Below, piece by piece: positions 35,906 to 46,670 of a stretch of DNA of 64,000 nucleotides. The stretch lies in NCBI GenBank assembly GCA_965219455.1, contig OZ244744.1, positions 3,936,001-4,000,000 on the forward strand. Direction: 5' to 3'. Each line of letters opens with the position of its first letter. Position 1 is the first letter of the stretch. This DNA is from Candidatus Latescibacterota bacterium (lineage in GTDB: Bacteria > Latescibacterota > UBA2968 > GCA-2709665). The position numbers and the translations under genes were made by a program. The notes beneath the pieces are model-generated. The model was not told the DNA's origin and did not search any database. It worked only from the letters and a program-made list of their open reading frames with translations.

Positions 35906-36006
35906 GGATCGCTCCCCGACAAACGATGTTGACGTGCCGGAATCCGCGGCCCTCACCGGGTTCTCCGGATTCGCCTTTGTCCCCGGCTTTCAATGCCCGG
36001 AGCCGC

Positions 36007-38469
36007 CTACCTGATACTCAATCTCGTGGTTCCCGATGTCTTCTGTCCTGACACCTGGTCCGTTACGGTCACTGTCAGGTACTTTTCTCCCGGATCGGAA
36101 GCCGACATGTCCAACTCCACGTATCCCTGGTCGTCTATACGACGGCCAATATGGGCGTACTCGATTGAAATCGACGCCTGATTGTGTTGCCGAACGTCCA
36201 GCAGCTTGCCGATTCCGCTCAGAATACGGGCACCCACCGATTCGCTCAGCGCCGACCGCATTTCGTAGGACACCCGGAACCGCGTCGCTCCGAACTCGTC
36301 CCGCTTCAGATTGTAGACTTCATAGTAAATAAAAACCGATTGCCCTCGTTCATACGCCCGCGTGGGATTGGGAATGACCTGGATGTCTCCCTTGCGGAAT
36401 CGATCACCGTCCGCCGGACGGATCGACGCGGCCATTTGAATGCCGCTCATCCTCAGATACCCCTTGGGATACGGCGGCAACACGACCTGCTGCTGGTAGA
36501 CCTGCGATCTGCCCGTACCGATCTCCAGAACCTGGACGGACATCCGGTATCTGCCGGGCGGCGCCGAAACCCGGAACATCTCCGGAACGTAGGCTTTTCG
36601 CGCCGTATCCGACGGCGCATCGGCGAAAAGCTCAAACTCCCCGTCTCTCCGAAGCACCCGCTCATTCGACTCGTTGTATAGCGCCACGCCCTTTTTCAGT
36701 TTGGCCGTGGGTTTTCTGTCGGACCCCGGCGAGAAGGAAAGCTCCCATAGCGGAATTCCATAGTACACCTCGAGATTTGAGGCGTCCTGCGCCCCCTTGA
36801 AGCCCGCCGAGTCAAAAAAATACGCCAGCGGCCCAGAGGCGAACGTGGGCCGGTAGAGTACGGGCACGCGACGCCCCACCTGGTCCAGCAGCAATTTTGG
36901 ATTCAAACGCTGCCACGTATAGAGGTGGCGGGAGTGCCCGCCCTTCCCGCTCGGCATATCGGCGAATTTGAAAGCCGTCTGTCCCAACGTGCGCGTGAAC
37001 GTAATCTCCATCCCGGGCCCCACGTCCGTATAAATCCAGTATTCCCACACCTTCCCGTAAACGGGATACACCGGCCAGCCCAGAATGCTGGACGCCATCC
37101 GTAACTTGCCGGAGAGATCCCCCGAGCCGTCGCTCAACGGGACCGCCCTGTAGCCGCCATCCGCCGTCCGGGTGACGCCCGCCGCCTCCGTCTCGCGCAG
37201 AGTCTCGCTGACGGGTCCTAAAACATCCGCCTGGCCGATCCCTCCCTCCCTTCCACCGAAGGAAGTCGTTTCGCTGTTTCGGACCCTGAGCATCTGGGAT
37301 ACCGCATCGCCGGCCTGAAGGGCGATCCGCTCCTTGATTCTGATCGCCTTCGGATCCGTTTCGAATCGGATATTGTCGGAACTGCTTACGTGGGCGGGTT
37401 GGCCGTACCGGACATAGACGCCGCCGCGCACGTCCCAGGGGAACCGATCCTTTCCGAAATGCTCCAACGAGTAGGCCACACGCCGGTAATGCTCCAGTTT
37501 GCGCTCATTCGCGGCCGTCGCGGGGGCAGGGTCTCGGCCCGCCCAGTACTGCTCGGAAAGCGCTTTCCACTCCGTCGCTGGCGCCGCATCGAACCTTTCG
37601 CGCTCCTCCTCCGCCACTTTGCGCAAGTCGTAATATACGGCCTGCGTATCCGGCTCCAGGCCTTCCAGATGCCGGTCGAACAGGACGTCGGCCCGGTCGT
37701 ATTCGCGTTGCTTCATGTAGACTTCGGCAAGCGCCAACAGCGACCGCTGCTGATAAGGATTGGGCGATTCCACAAGTGGTATCAGAAGCGGCACGGCCTC
37801 TTCAGTTCTTTCCAGTTCCGTCAATACCTCCCCCAGGTTCAGACGCGATTCCTGATGATCCGGATTCACCTCCAGTTGTCTCCGTAGCGCTGCCTCCGCC
37901 TTTTCATGCCGGACATATTCTCCTGCTTCACCATTCTTGTGAATTCGCCCGATCTGGAACCACACGTCCGGATGGTCCGGAACGATCCTTGCGAGCCGCC
38001 TGTAGGCCGTCAACTCCTTGGTGTCTCCGATGCGTCGATACGCACGGGCCAGATTGTAGTAGGCCTCGGCAAAGGATCGATCCACCGAAATCGCGTCCTG
38101 GAAGTACCTGATTGCCCATAGCAACCCCTTTTCCTTCCGCATATACACCAGCCCCAACCCATTGTGGGCGGGCGCGAATTTCCGTTTCCTGCGCCTGGCA
38201 TCCATAAACGCGTCTTCGGCCGCATCCAGGTCGCCTCGTTTCAAATACACGTGGCCCATGCCCACCAGCGAGGGTGCATGTTTCTTATTGATACGCAGCG
38301 CTTTCCTGAATTTCATCAGCGCGGCGTCCATATCTTTCGCCTCGAAAAGCTGCATGCCCTCGCTGTAATGCGCGTCAACCGGGTTCTGAAGGGAATCGGT
38401 CGACGCGGCGTGGGTATCCCTGGCCGTGCCCAGGCCGATAACAACGGCGAAAACCAGAACGTATTTCAT
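36007..38469 (-). CDS. Secreted TPR + GWxTD-domain protein
   Basis: Signal peptide; TPRs; YWAGRDP...EHYRRVAY...PWDVRGGVYVRYGQP; C-terminal PNPTRAY...YYEVYNL. Confidence 0.85.
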   Translation of the reverse strand: MKYVLVFAVVIGLGTARDTHAASTDSLQNPVDAHYSEGMQLFEAKDMDAALMKFRKALRINKKHAPSLVGMGHVYLKRGDLDAAEDAFMDARRRKRKFAPAHNGLGLVYMRKEKGLLWAIRYFQDAISVDRSFAEAYYNLARAYRRIGDTKELTAYRRLARIVPDHPDVWFQIGRIHKNGEAGEYVRHEKAEAALRRQLEVNPDHQESRLNLGEVLTELERTEEAVPLLIPLVESPNPYQQRSLLALAEVYMKQREYDRADVLFDRHLEGLEPDTQAVYYDLRKVAEEERERFDAAPATEWKALSEQYWAGRDPAPATAANERKLEHYRRVAYSLEHFGKDRFPWDVRGGVYVRYGQPAHVSSSDNIRFETDPKAIRIKERIALQAGDAVSQMLRVRNSETTSFGGREGGIGQADVLGPVSETLRETEAAGVTRTADGGYRAVPLSDGSGDLSGKLRMASSILGWPVYPVYGKVWEYWIYTDVGPGMEITFTRTLGQTAFKFADMPSGKGGHSRHLYTWQRLNPKLLLDQVGRRVPVLYRPTFASGPLAYFFDSAGFKGAQDASNLEVYYGIPLWELSFSPGSDRKPTAKLKKGVALYNESNERVLRRDGEFELFADAPSDTARKAYVPEMFRVSAPPGRYRMSVQVLEIGTGRSQVYQQQVVLPPYPKGYLRMSGIQMAASIRPADGDRFRKGDIQVIPNPTRAYERGQSVFIYYEVYNLKRDEFGATRFRVSYEMRSALSESVGARILSGIGKLLDVRQHNQASISIEYAHIGRRIDDQGYVELDMSASDPGEKYLTVTVTDQVSGQKTSGTTRLSIR

Positions 38470-38514
38470 CTTCCAACCCTCCCCACGGAAACGCTGTGGC
38501 ACGCCAACGCCGGA

Positions 38515-39378
38515 TCAGCGCCACGCAAGCGGACCCATTTCCGAGGCGCGTGACACGTCTACCAGTTCGGCCGCGGTCGCCGCTCCGCTCGAGATCGTGC
38601 TGACTCTGGAGTCGGCGAGGACATACCGGAATGCATTCCGCGGTACGGTCCCGGGTTCGTCCCGGAGACGTCGGATGATCCCTTCGGCTCTGGCGCGTTC
38701 CCCGTGACCTTCCAGATTTTCAAGCGCTGCCCTGCGACGGGGGGCATCGGCAAATAGCCCGCCGGCGAGCACGGTAGCAACGACAATGCCCATCCCACTT
38801 TCGGCGGCTGCCGGTATGACCTCTTCGGCGGCCTCTTGCGAACAGGGGTGGTAATCGTGGAAGACGAGCAGGGAATCGAACTCCCCCGTACGGGCAACAC
38901 GCGCCAGCAGGGGGATGGCCCGGTCCGTTATGCCGATACGGTCGCACAGGCCGCGTGTTTGCGCGTCTCGCAACCCCTCGAGGGTCCCGCCCCGTTCCAT
39001 GATGCGCTCCCATCCCGCCGCGCTCACCTGATGGATCTGGACGGAGAAGAGCTTCGAAAGACGAAGGCGACGAAGACTGCGTTCGACGCTTCGAAGCACG
39101 CTATCCCGGCGATAGTCGAAATCTTCGGGATCAAATCCAACCTTCGTGGCGACGTGCATCCGCGATTGCGCGGCTTCGAGGGCGTAGCCGAATAGCGCTT
39201 CGCTATTTCCGTATAGCGGCGCGGTGTCGATATAGTTGATTCCCAGCTCTTCCGCGCGACGCACGATCTCGACCGCGTTTTCCCGCGCGCGTTCGGGATT
39301 CGATCCGCCGATGTATGCGCCGCCCAGACTGACCTCGCTGACCCGGATGCCCGTATTGCCGAACGGACGGTATTCCAT
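38515..39378 (-). CDS. Aldo/keto reductase
   Basis: GNTGIRVSEVSLG, GINYIDTAPLYG, VATKVG, SLRRL. Confidence 0.92.
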   Translation of the reverse strand: MEYRPFGNTGIRVSEVSLGGAYIGGSNPERARENAVEIVRRAEELGINYIDTAPLYGNSEALFGYALEAAQSRMHVATKVGFDPEDFDYRRDSVLRSVERSLRRLRLSKLFSVQIHQVSAAGWERIMERGGTLEGLRDAQTRGLCDRIGITDRAIPLLARVARTGEFDSLLVFHDYHPCSQEAAEEVIPAAAESGMGIVVATVLAGGLFADAPRRRAALENLEGHGERARAEGIIRRLRDEPGTVPRNAFRYVLADSRVSTISSGAATAAELVDVSRASEMGPLAWR

Positions 39379-39621
39379 GTTCCCTCCTGATTGAAGTACT
39401 TATGCCCAAAAGATAGCCGAACGAAGCCGGTCACGCAAGATGTCGGGGGTCCATGCATTGACCGTGCGTAGGCGCTCGCGTGCCCTGTAGATGCCACGGC
39501 TGACAGGGTACGACTATACATTTGACCTCAAACAGGGTATATTCCCATAGATCTGCGTTTTCGCGGCTCATCGACAGCACCTGCGCCGGCCGGCGCAGCG
39601 GCTCGACAAAGGATCGTGGAA

Positions 39622-42600
39622 ATGTACCCTCGCGTGCTTGCCCTTCTCCTTCTCTTCGTACTCTCAGCAACGCCCCCGTACGCAAACTCCGCGTCAACCC
39701 CACCCGTATACAGCGCCCTTAAGAATCTGTACCTGACCACCGTACTGGTGGAGAACGGGCGGGCAGCCGCCATTATCGTGGTTCCCTCAAGCGGAATCTA
39801 CGACGCAGACGCGGTGCGAATCCAGCGGGCGATTCTCGCCCGGACCGGGGTGGAGGTACCGGTGGCGCGGGACGATTCACCTGCCGGGTCCGTGCCGATT
39901 GCGGAAAACCTGATTGTGCTCGGCAACAGGTCCACGAATCGCACCATTGCGGGGCTGTACGACCGCTATTACATACTGCTGGACCTGAAATATCCCGGAC
40001 CTGACGGCCACGTCGTGCGGTCTCTCCACAATCCCTTCGGGAACGGGCGCAATGTGATTGCAGTCGGTGGGAGCGATGCCGCCGGCGTGGCCAAGGCGAC
40101 AGATGTGTTTATTCGAAAGCTCGCCGGAGATCCCGGCAGTGGCGCCGGCCTGTCGGTCGGGTGGCTGGCGGAAATCCGTCTTGGAAACGGGATGCAGGTA
40201 CCGGAGGCGCTTCAGGATTTTGAGACCTGGGAGGCATCCGCGGGTTACCGGTCCGTGGGATATTTCGGGTGGAACAGCATCAGCAAGCATATGGCGATGT
40301 ATTATATGACCGGTGAAGAACACCACGCGCAAGAGTTTCTGCGGCTTGCCTTTCCCGACGCGGAGGCAAGGGCCCGGATTGCGGCGATCGACGGCGAAAG
40401 GATCGAGAACAAGGATGCGCCCCTCAGCGGCCCGTACCATTACACCGCGCATATGATGATCCTGTACTGGGATCTGATCGAGGAAAGCCCGGTCTTCACG
40501 GACGAACAACGATTGAGGATCACCAACGCGTTTGCGAAGCAATTTGAGCACGATCCCTATGGCCAGAGCAGGACGGCTATGATCGTACGAAACCTGGATA
40601 TGGGCAGAGAGGCATATGACACGCCGCCCTCCGGAGTAGGTACCCGGCATCACCAGTGGGCTGCCATAGCGCTCTACTGCCTCGGCCGGTACTTCCAGAA
40701 GGACTACCCGAACCCGCTCTGGCAGCACTGCATGTGGGCGGCTGAATGGCAATTCTCTCCATTGCGTCACCACGCATGGGTGATGGGCGAAGCCGATAAT
40801 CTATATTGGTACAGTACCGGCATTGCCCCGATTTTCACGTATCTGCTGATTTCGGGGGATCGGGCGCCGCTACGGAACGGCGTTCTGGTGACGCTGCTGC
40901 GCGGGCAGGAGATGCTCATATCCGGACGGGAGCCGGACTGGGCCCTTCGCTATGCCTCTTTAGGTTACCTGCACAAGGCAGCGTATCTCACGGGTGACGG
41001 CCGGTTTGTGGAATACGCCCGCCGGACCGGGGTGGCCATGGATGGTTTCCGGCTGGGCCAATCGTTCTGGCCGGAGCCTGGCCTTGTCCCGGAACAACCC
41101 ACCGATCTTACCCAAAAATGGAGTATCCTCGAGGTACCGGAGCCATTTTGGGAACGACGTGGGAGTGGGTTGCCGCTGTCGGACTCGTTTCAATTCGGGA
41201 GCTTTCGAAGTACAACCGACGCGGCGGGCGATTTTATCCTGATCGACGGACTGAACGGAGCGTCCCGAAATCCCTACCACTCGTTCGCGGTTCTGGAACT
41301 CCGCCTGGACGGGGAAACTGTACTCGAGGGGTACGGAAATCAGGTGCTGACGGTGGCCGACGGGCTGGTGGAGCCGCACAGCCCGATGGACGCGGCGCTT
41401 CGATATCGGGACGTGTTGGGCCGGACAGCCGTCGCCGTCGCCGGGGTGCCCGATGCGTCGTTCTGTAGTTGGCGCCGCGCCCTGGTGCAACGCGTGGGGA
41501 AGTATGCGTTGTTTGTGGATCGACTGAAATTCCGTGTGGACAGCGCGAATCTCGAAGTGAGGACCGAATGGACGGGGCCGGGACGATGGCGTTCGATCTC
41601 AGCGGGCGGCGAGTCGTACATCGAAAGCGGCGCTACTCGTTTCGGGATCCGCGCCTCCGACCCGGTTGAGATTGTGCTCAATGGCAGAACGGCATCCCTG
41701 GTGTGGACGGGTTCCGTATCGTCAGGTGAGGAGCGCGCGTTCTATTCGCTGATTGCCGGAAACGGCACGGCTGAAGCGCCGGTTGCCTGTGTGCGGCTCG
41801 GCGCGCAGGCGGCGGCACTGGGCCTTCCCGAACCTGCGATTGCCGTCGGTGGAGAGTACGCCCGCATTCAGGGCGACATCGTTCTGCTGGCCAGCGACCA
41901 CCTCTTCGGGAAAGATCTGAAATCCGCGGGGATGGAGGCGGTTCTTTTTACATCGGATGCGCCGGTTGATCTGGACTGGGATTTTTCCACCGCATCCATG
42001 GTGCTCACAACAAGATACGAGACAAGCATCAGCGCAGCGTTTGCTGAACCGTCGGACGTCCGGATCGATGGCGTTCCGTTGCCGCTCCGTGCCGTTTCCG
42101 ATAGCGGCGCCGTGTTCCAGGTGGCGAAGGGTCGGCATATATTGACAGGCGCGGCACCGGATCCGGATGTGCTCGCCGGAACGGTCGACGGCCTCAGGGA
42201 GCTTTTGTCGCAGGCCCTCACGGCGCGCCGGCGGGATGCGGAGATTCATGTCACGCCAGCAGCGCCGGACGGTCCACCCGCGCCTCTATTTCTGAAAACG
42301 CGGATCGGCGGTGCGGTGGCGGACATGATTTCCTTCGAAGCCGATGGTAGGAACTGGGTCGGAGTCGCCGAGGACAGAGGGGTACATCTGCTGACTTCGG
42401 ACGGGCGGGAGGGTCGGTTTTTCGGTACGGACGGGCCGGTCCGGGTGCTTCGCTGGTGGGACGCCTTCCAGTTGCTGCTTGTCGGATGCAGGGACGAACA
42501 GGTTATTGCGTTCGACCTGGAAGGAAGACGCCGGTGGACGTTTGTGTCCGAAATGCACCCGGCGGTCTACCAGGCCGGGAAGACCTACTGGTTCAAGACC

Positions 42601-43740
42601 GCGTCGGGGCACGAGGGAATCCACGGACTGCATACCGGGATCTTTCGAAACGGACAGAGCCAGGCATTCGTGGGAAGCGCGTGTACGCTGGAAATCCTGA
42701 ACGAAAAAGGTCAGCTCGAGGAGCGGCTGCCGGTGTTCTGGGGGCCCGGAACCCGGTTCGCACTGATCGAGAGTCCCAGGGCCGGCGTCGATCTCCTGAT
42801 CGCGCGCCAGCCGACGGATTCGCACGCGCTCTCGCTTGTAAACAGCCGGACGAGCGACGTGATTCGCGGCAGGTTTGCCGGAGTTCCGGCAGGCCACACG
42901 TATATTGGCGGATGGGCCTCGATGAGCAGGAAACACATTTTCAACGAAGATCTGGATGCTGACGGGACGAAAGAGGTGGTCAGCGAGATCAACGGCACGT
43001 GGAACCGGGTGACCGTGTGGGGTGAGAACGGGGCCGCCCTCTACAACGCGAACTTCGGCCCGGGGGATCCGATACCCGCACAGAATATGCGCGACCTGGA
43101 TATCGGCGATCTGGACGGAGACGGGAAGAAGGAGATTCTGGCGGCGACGTCGAAGGGACTTGTGGTCGCGCTGGACGCGCGTTGCAACCGGGTGTGGTCC
43201 CGCCGGCTTCCCAGCCCGCCCACCGTGCTGGCGTTCTTACGCGCCTATGACGCGTCCTGGGTCGTGACCGGCTGCGAGGACGGCAGCGTCGTCGTATTGG
43301 ACGGATCCGGGGAGGTCCGGGGTCTGGGAAAGGTCTCGGGGAAGCCGACCCATATTCTGAGACTGGGAGACGGCGTGGTGGTAGGGACCGACAGGGGCGA
43401 AGTGACGGGATGGAAGATCGGCGGCAGCTTCATGTGGGATGCACCGGCCGAGCCAGGGGAATATGCGCTGCATCAGAATTTCCCCAACCCCTTCAATATT
43501 GAGTGCCAGATCGCTTACCAGCTGCCCGAAGCCGGTGAAATCTCGCTGATCGTCTACAATCTGCTGGGGCAACGGGTCCGCGTGCTGGCGGAAGGAAACC
43601 GGCAGGTCGGATATTACCAGGTCGCCTGGGACGGGAGAGATGACTCGGGGAGGGAAGTGTCCAGCGGCGTCTACTGCAGCCGTCTGGTCGTGGGTGACGG
43701 CAAGTTTACGGCGGTAAAGAAGATGGTACTCTTGAAATGA
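39622..43740 (+). CDS. Large secreted multidomain protein with FG-GAP/beta-propeller region and T9SS/FlgD-Ig C-terminal domain
   Basis: Signal peptide; DLDADGTKE and DLDGDGKKE repeats; C-terminal LHQNFPNPFN...YNLLGQRVR...WDGRDDSGREVSSGVY...KKMVLLK. Confidence 0.85.
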   Translation: MYPRVLALLLLFVLSATPPYANSASTPPVYSALKNLYLTTVLVENGRAAAIIVVPSSGIYDADAVRIQRAILARTGVEVPVARDDSPAGSVPIAENLIVLGNRSTNRTIAGLYDRYYILLDLKYPGPDGHVVRSLHNPFGNGRNVIAVGGSDAAGVAKATDVFIRKLAGDPGSGAGLSVGWLAEIRLGNGMQVPEALQDFETWEASAGYRSVGYFGWNSISKHMAMYYMTGEEHHAQEFLRLAFPDAEARARIAAIDGERIENKDAPLSGPYHYTAHMMILYWDLIEESPVFTDEQRLRITNAFAKQFEHDPYGQSRTAMIVRNLDMGREAYDTPPSGVGTRHHQWAAIALYCLGRYFQKDYPNPLWQHCMWAAEWQFSPLRHHAWVMGEADNLYWYSTGIAPIFTYLLISGDRAPLRNGVLVTLLRGQEMLISGREPDWALRYASLGYLHKAAYLTGDGRFVEYARRTGVAMDGFRLGQSFWPEPGLVPEQPTDLTQKWSILEVPEPFWERRGSGLPLSDSFQFGSFRSTTDAAGDFILIDGLNGASRNPYHSFAVLELRLDGETVLEGYGNQVLTVADGLVEPHSPMDAALRYRDVLGRTAVAVAGVPDASFCSWRRALVQRVGKYALFVDRLKFRVDSANLEVRTEWTGPGRWRSISAGGESYIESGATRFGIRASDPVEIVLNGRTASLVWTGSVSSGEERAFYSLIAGNGTAEAPVACVRLGAQAAALGLPEPAIAVGGEYARIQGDIVLLASDHLFGKDLKSAGMEAVLFTSDAPVDLDWDFSTASMVLTTRYETSISAAFAEPSDVRIDGVPLPLRAVSDSGAVFQVAKGRHILTGAAPDPDVLAGTVDGLRELLSQALTARRRDAEIHVTPAAPDGPPAPLFLKTRIGGAVADMISFEADGRNWVGVAEDRGVHLLTSDGREGRFFGTDGPVRVLRWWDAFQLLLVGCRDEQVIAFDLEGRRRWTFVSEMHPAVYQAGKTYWFKTASGHEGIHGLHTGIFRNGQSQAFVGSACTLEILNEKGQLEERLPVFWGPGTRFALIESPRAGVDLLIARQPTDSHALSLVNSRTSDVIRGRFAGVPAGHTYIGGWASMSRKHIFNEDLDADGTKEVVSEINGTWNRVTVWGENGAALYNANFGPGDPIPAQNMRDLDIGDLDGDGKKEILAATSKGLVVALDARCNRVWSRRLPSPPTVLAFLRAYDASWVVTGCEDGSVVVLDGSGEVRGLGKVSGKPTHILRLGDGVVVGTDRGEVTGWKIGGSFMWDAPAEPGEYALHQNFPNPFNIECQIAYQLPEAGEISLIVYNLLGQRVRVLAEGNRQVGYYQVAWDGRDDSGREVSSGVYCSRLVVGDGKFTAVKKMVLLK

Positions 43741-43850
43741 TGTCCCGTCCTGACAGCTGACGACCTCACGGAGCATCGATCCCGGATTCGGACCGACCGG
43801 AGTTCGCCCGCCGTATCGTCTGAGTGTGTCGGGAGCATCCCGCTGAAACG

Positions 43851-45269
43851 CTATCTCTTTTTCGGGATGTAGAGGTCGGTAGCGGTACCCAGGTGGATTT
43901 CAGCGGCGATGCCCAGGGATTCGGAGAGGGAAGGGTGAGGGTGGATCGTGTGCGCCAGGTCTTCGGCGACAGCGGCCATTTCGACGCCAAGGACGGCTTC
44001 GGCGATGAGTTCGCCGGCATTGGGGCCGACGATGCCCGTCCCCAGGATTCGGCTGGTCTGAGGGTCAAAAATCAGTTTCGTGAGTCCCTCGGTACGTCCC
44101 AGGGTTGCGGCCCGGCCCGAGGCGGCCCATGGATAGCGGGCGATTTTGACAGGGCGATCCTGCTCCCGCGCCTGGGTTTCGGTAAGGCCGCACCAGGCAA
44201 TTTCAGGATCCGTGTATACCACGGAGGGGACGATGCTGTCGAAGGCCGCGGGTTGCCCGGCGATGACTTCGGCGGCAACTTTCCCCTGGTGGGCGGCTTT
44301 GTGGGCGAGCCCGGGGCCATCGACCACGTCGCCAACGGCAAAGATGCGGCTGTCGGCCGTACGCATGTGTCCATCGACGACGATGAAGCCGGGATCCGAG
44401 AGACCTGCCCGTGTATTCTCCAGCCCCAGGTTTTCGGTGTTGGGTATCCGGCCCGCCGAGAGCAGAATTTTGTCGTAGGTCTGTGGCGCCCCCTTGTAAT
44501 CGCCTTCGAAACGCGCGGATACCCCATTCAGATTTTCTTCCAGGGCGGCGACGGCGGTGTTGACGTGGATGCCGTCGAAGATGCCTTCCAGGTGTTTTTG
44601 CAGGGGTTTGACCAGATCTCGGTCCACCCCGGGTAAGAGGCCGCCGGTGATCTCGACGAGCGTCACCTGGCTTCCGAGTTGGGCGTAGACGGTACTCAGT
44701 TCCAGACCGATGATGCCGCCGCCTACGGCCAACAGGCGATTGGGGATATTCTCCAGTTCAAGCGCCTTATTCGAATCCAGGATATTCGGGCTGTCGATGT
44801 CGAAAACCGGGGGCACTGCGGGACGGGCCCCGGTGGCGACGATGGCATGGACGAAGTCGATTTGAGCGACGTCGTCACCCCCCGAGATACGGACCCGATC
44901 GGACGATTCGAAGACGGCGCGGCCGCGGATCCGCGTGACTCGACGGCGACGGCAAAGTGCGTCGAGGCCGCGTGAGAGCTTCGCGAGGATACCGTCTTTC
45001 CAATTTCGCATTTTCTCGAGATCGATTTCCGGTTCGGAGAACGTCAATCCACACGCCGCAGCTTCACGGGATTCCGAAATCAGGCTTGCAACGTGAAGCA
45101 GGGCTTTGGAGGGGATGCAACCCCGGAGCAGGCATGTGCCTCCGAGGCGGTCGTCGGCTTCTACCAGAGTGACGGGGATGCCGAGGTCCGCTGATCTGAA
45201 AGCGGCGGCGTAACCGCCCGGCCCCCCGCCGATAACGACGAGGTCGGTCTTGTGGGTGTTTTCCGGCAT
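43851..45269 (-). CDS. lpdA: Dihydrolipoyl dehydrogenase (E3)
   Basis: GGGPGGY, GGTCLLRGCIPSK, GGGIIGLE, HPHPSLSE. Confidence 0.96.
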   Translation of the reverse strand: MPENTHKTDLVVIGGGPGGYAAAFRSADLGIPVTLVEADDRLGGTCLLRGCIPSKALLHVASLISESREAAACGLTFSEPEIDLEKMRNWKDGILAKLSRGLDALCRRRRVTRIRGRAVFESSDRVRISGGDDVAQIDFVHAIVATGARPAVPPVFDIDSPNILDSNKALELENIPNRLLAVGGGIIGLELSTVYAQLGSQVTLVEITGGLLPGVDRDLVKPLQKHLEGIFDGIHVNTAVAALEENLNGVSARFEGDYKGAPQTYDKILLSAGRIPNTENLGLENTRAGLSDPGFIVVDGHMRTADSRIFAVGDVVDGPGLAHKAAHQGKVAAEVIAGQPAAFDSIVPSVVYTDPEIAWCGLTETQAREQDRPVKIARYPWAASGRAATLGRTEGLTKLIFDPQTSRILGTGIVGPNAGELIAEAVLGVEMAAVAEDLAHTIHPHPSLSESLGIAAEIHLGTATDLYIPKKR

Positions 45270-45349
45270 GGTCGCTCCGGATTGGAAAACATGCAAGGCC
45301 GCAGCCCGGATGGACTTTTTCAACGGGCTGTTAGATCTTCGATCGCCGG

Positions 45350-46642
45350 CTATCCCCCGAGGAGCATGCGTTCCGGGTCTTCGAGGGACTCAACCAGATG
45401 CCTGGTAAATCGTGCGCCGTCGGCGCCATCCACGACGCGGTGGTCGTACGATAGGCAGATTGGCATGATGAGACGGGGTTCGATGCGCCCATCGTGCACG
45501 ACCGGTTCCCGTCGGGACCGCCCCATGCCGAGTATGGCGACTTCGGGGAAGTTGACGATGGGGGTGAAGGAAGTACCGCCAATGCTGCCCAGATTGGTGA
45601 CGGTAAAGGTGCCGCCCTGAAGCTCTTGGAGGTCGGCCCTGCCCTCCCGCGTACGGTGGGCGAGTTCGTCGAGCTGAACGGCAAGTTCGAAGATGTCTTT
45701 GCGGTCGACGTCGCGGATAACCGGCACGATCAGGCCCCTCTCCGTATCAACGGCCACGCCGATGTGGTAGTAGTGCTTGAGAATGAGCTGTCCGGCGGCC
45801 AGGTCCAGGCTGGCGTTGAACTGCGGAAAGGCTTTCAGCGCGCTGACGCAGGCTTTCAGGACAAATGGCGTCGGTGTGAGCTTGCCGCCCCGGGCTTCGG
45901 TGCCGGCCTTGTGCCGCCGTCGGAAAGCTTCCAGGTCGGTCACGTCGGCCCGATCGAACTGCGTGACGTGCGGGACCTGCGCCCAGGCCGTGCCGACGTT
46001 CTGTGCAATGGTTCTACGGACCCCGGGGAGGGGCTGTCGTTCGACACGGCCCCATCGGGTGAAGTCCGGCAGGTCGGGCGCGACGACAGGTCCGACGGAT
46101 GCCGCTTCGTTCAGGGAGGACTGCACGTAGCTCTTCACGTCGTCACGGGTAATCCGGCCGCCGGCGCCGCTGCCCGGAATCTGGCGCAAATCGACGCCGA
46201 GTTCACGCGCGAATCGTCGCACGGAGGGTGCGGCCGGCACCGTGACCTGCGCAGTTTCGGGGGCCTTGGGCGTCTCGTCGGTCGTGTCCGCGTTCACCGG
46301 ACCGGGCGGCGCCTGCAGTTCCGCCGGCGGATCCGTCGGTGGCGGCTGGACCTCTTCATCGGACGCGCGCGATTCCTGCACGGCTACCCGCGCGTCCGAC
46401 GCTTGTGATGCATCGACGGCGATAAGTACGGTTCCGGGCGAGATGCTGTCGCCGTTCTTGACGTTGACCGAAACGACCGTTCCGGCAATAGAAGACGGGA
46501 CTTCAACCAGCGCTTTGTCGGTTTCCAGTTCGATGACGGGCTGATCGACCTCGATTGAATCACCTTCCGAGACCATGATACGCACCACGTCGCCCTGATC
46601 GATGCCTTCGCCAAGGTCCGGAAGTCTGAATTCCTCGGCCAC
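45350..46642 (-). CDS. aceF: Dihydrolipoamide acetyltransferase (E2), single lipoyl domain
   Basis: LETDKA lipoyl site, AAPSVRRFARE E3-binding domain, SYDHRVVDGA. Confidence 0.93.
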   Translation of the reverse strand: MAEEFRLPDLGEGIDQGDVVRIMVSEGDSIEVDQPVIELETDKALVEVPSSIAGTVVSVNVKNGDSISPGTVLIAVDASQASDARVAVQESRASDEEVQPPPTDPPAELQAPPGPVNADTTDETPKAPETAQVTVPAAPSVRRFARELGVDLRQIPGSGAGGRITRDDVKSYVQSSLNEAASVGPVVAPDLPDFTRWGRVERQPLPGVRRTIAQNVGTAWAQVPHVTQFDRADVTDLEAFRRRHKAGTEARGGKLTPTPFVLKACVSALKAFPQFNASLDLAAGQLILKHYYHIGVAVDTERGLIVPVIRDVDRKDIFELAVQLDELAHRTREGRADLQELQGGTFTVTNLGSIGGTSFTPIVNFPEVAILGMGRSRREPVVHDGRIEPRLIMPICLSYDHRVVDGADGARFTRHLVESLEDPERMLLGG

Positions 46643-46670
46643 GGTTCCTCCTTTGCGGGTGCCTCGAGCG

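Noticed and set aside
33692-35932. 746-aa antisense ORF spanning the repeat lipoprotein
   Set aside because: In-register shadow of a GC-rich repetitive gene; no motifs or RBS, whereas the minus strand has a lipobox and recognisable domains.
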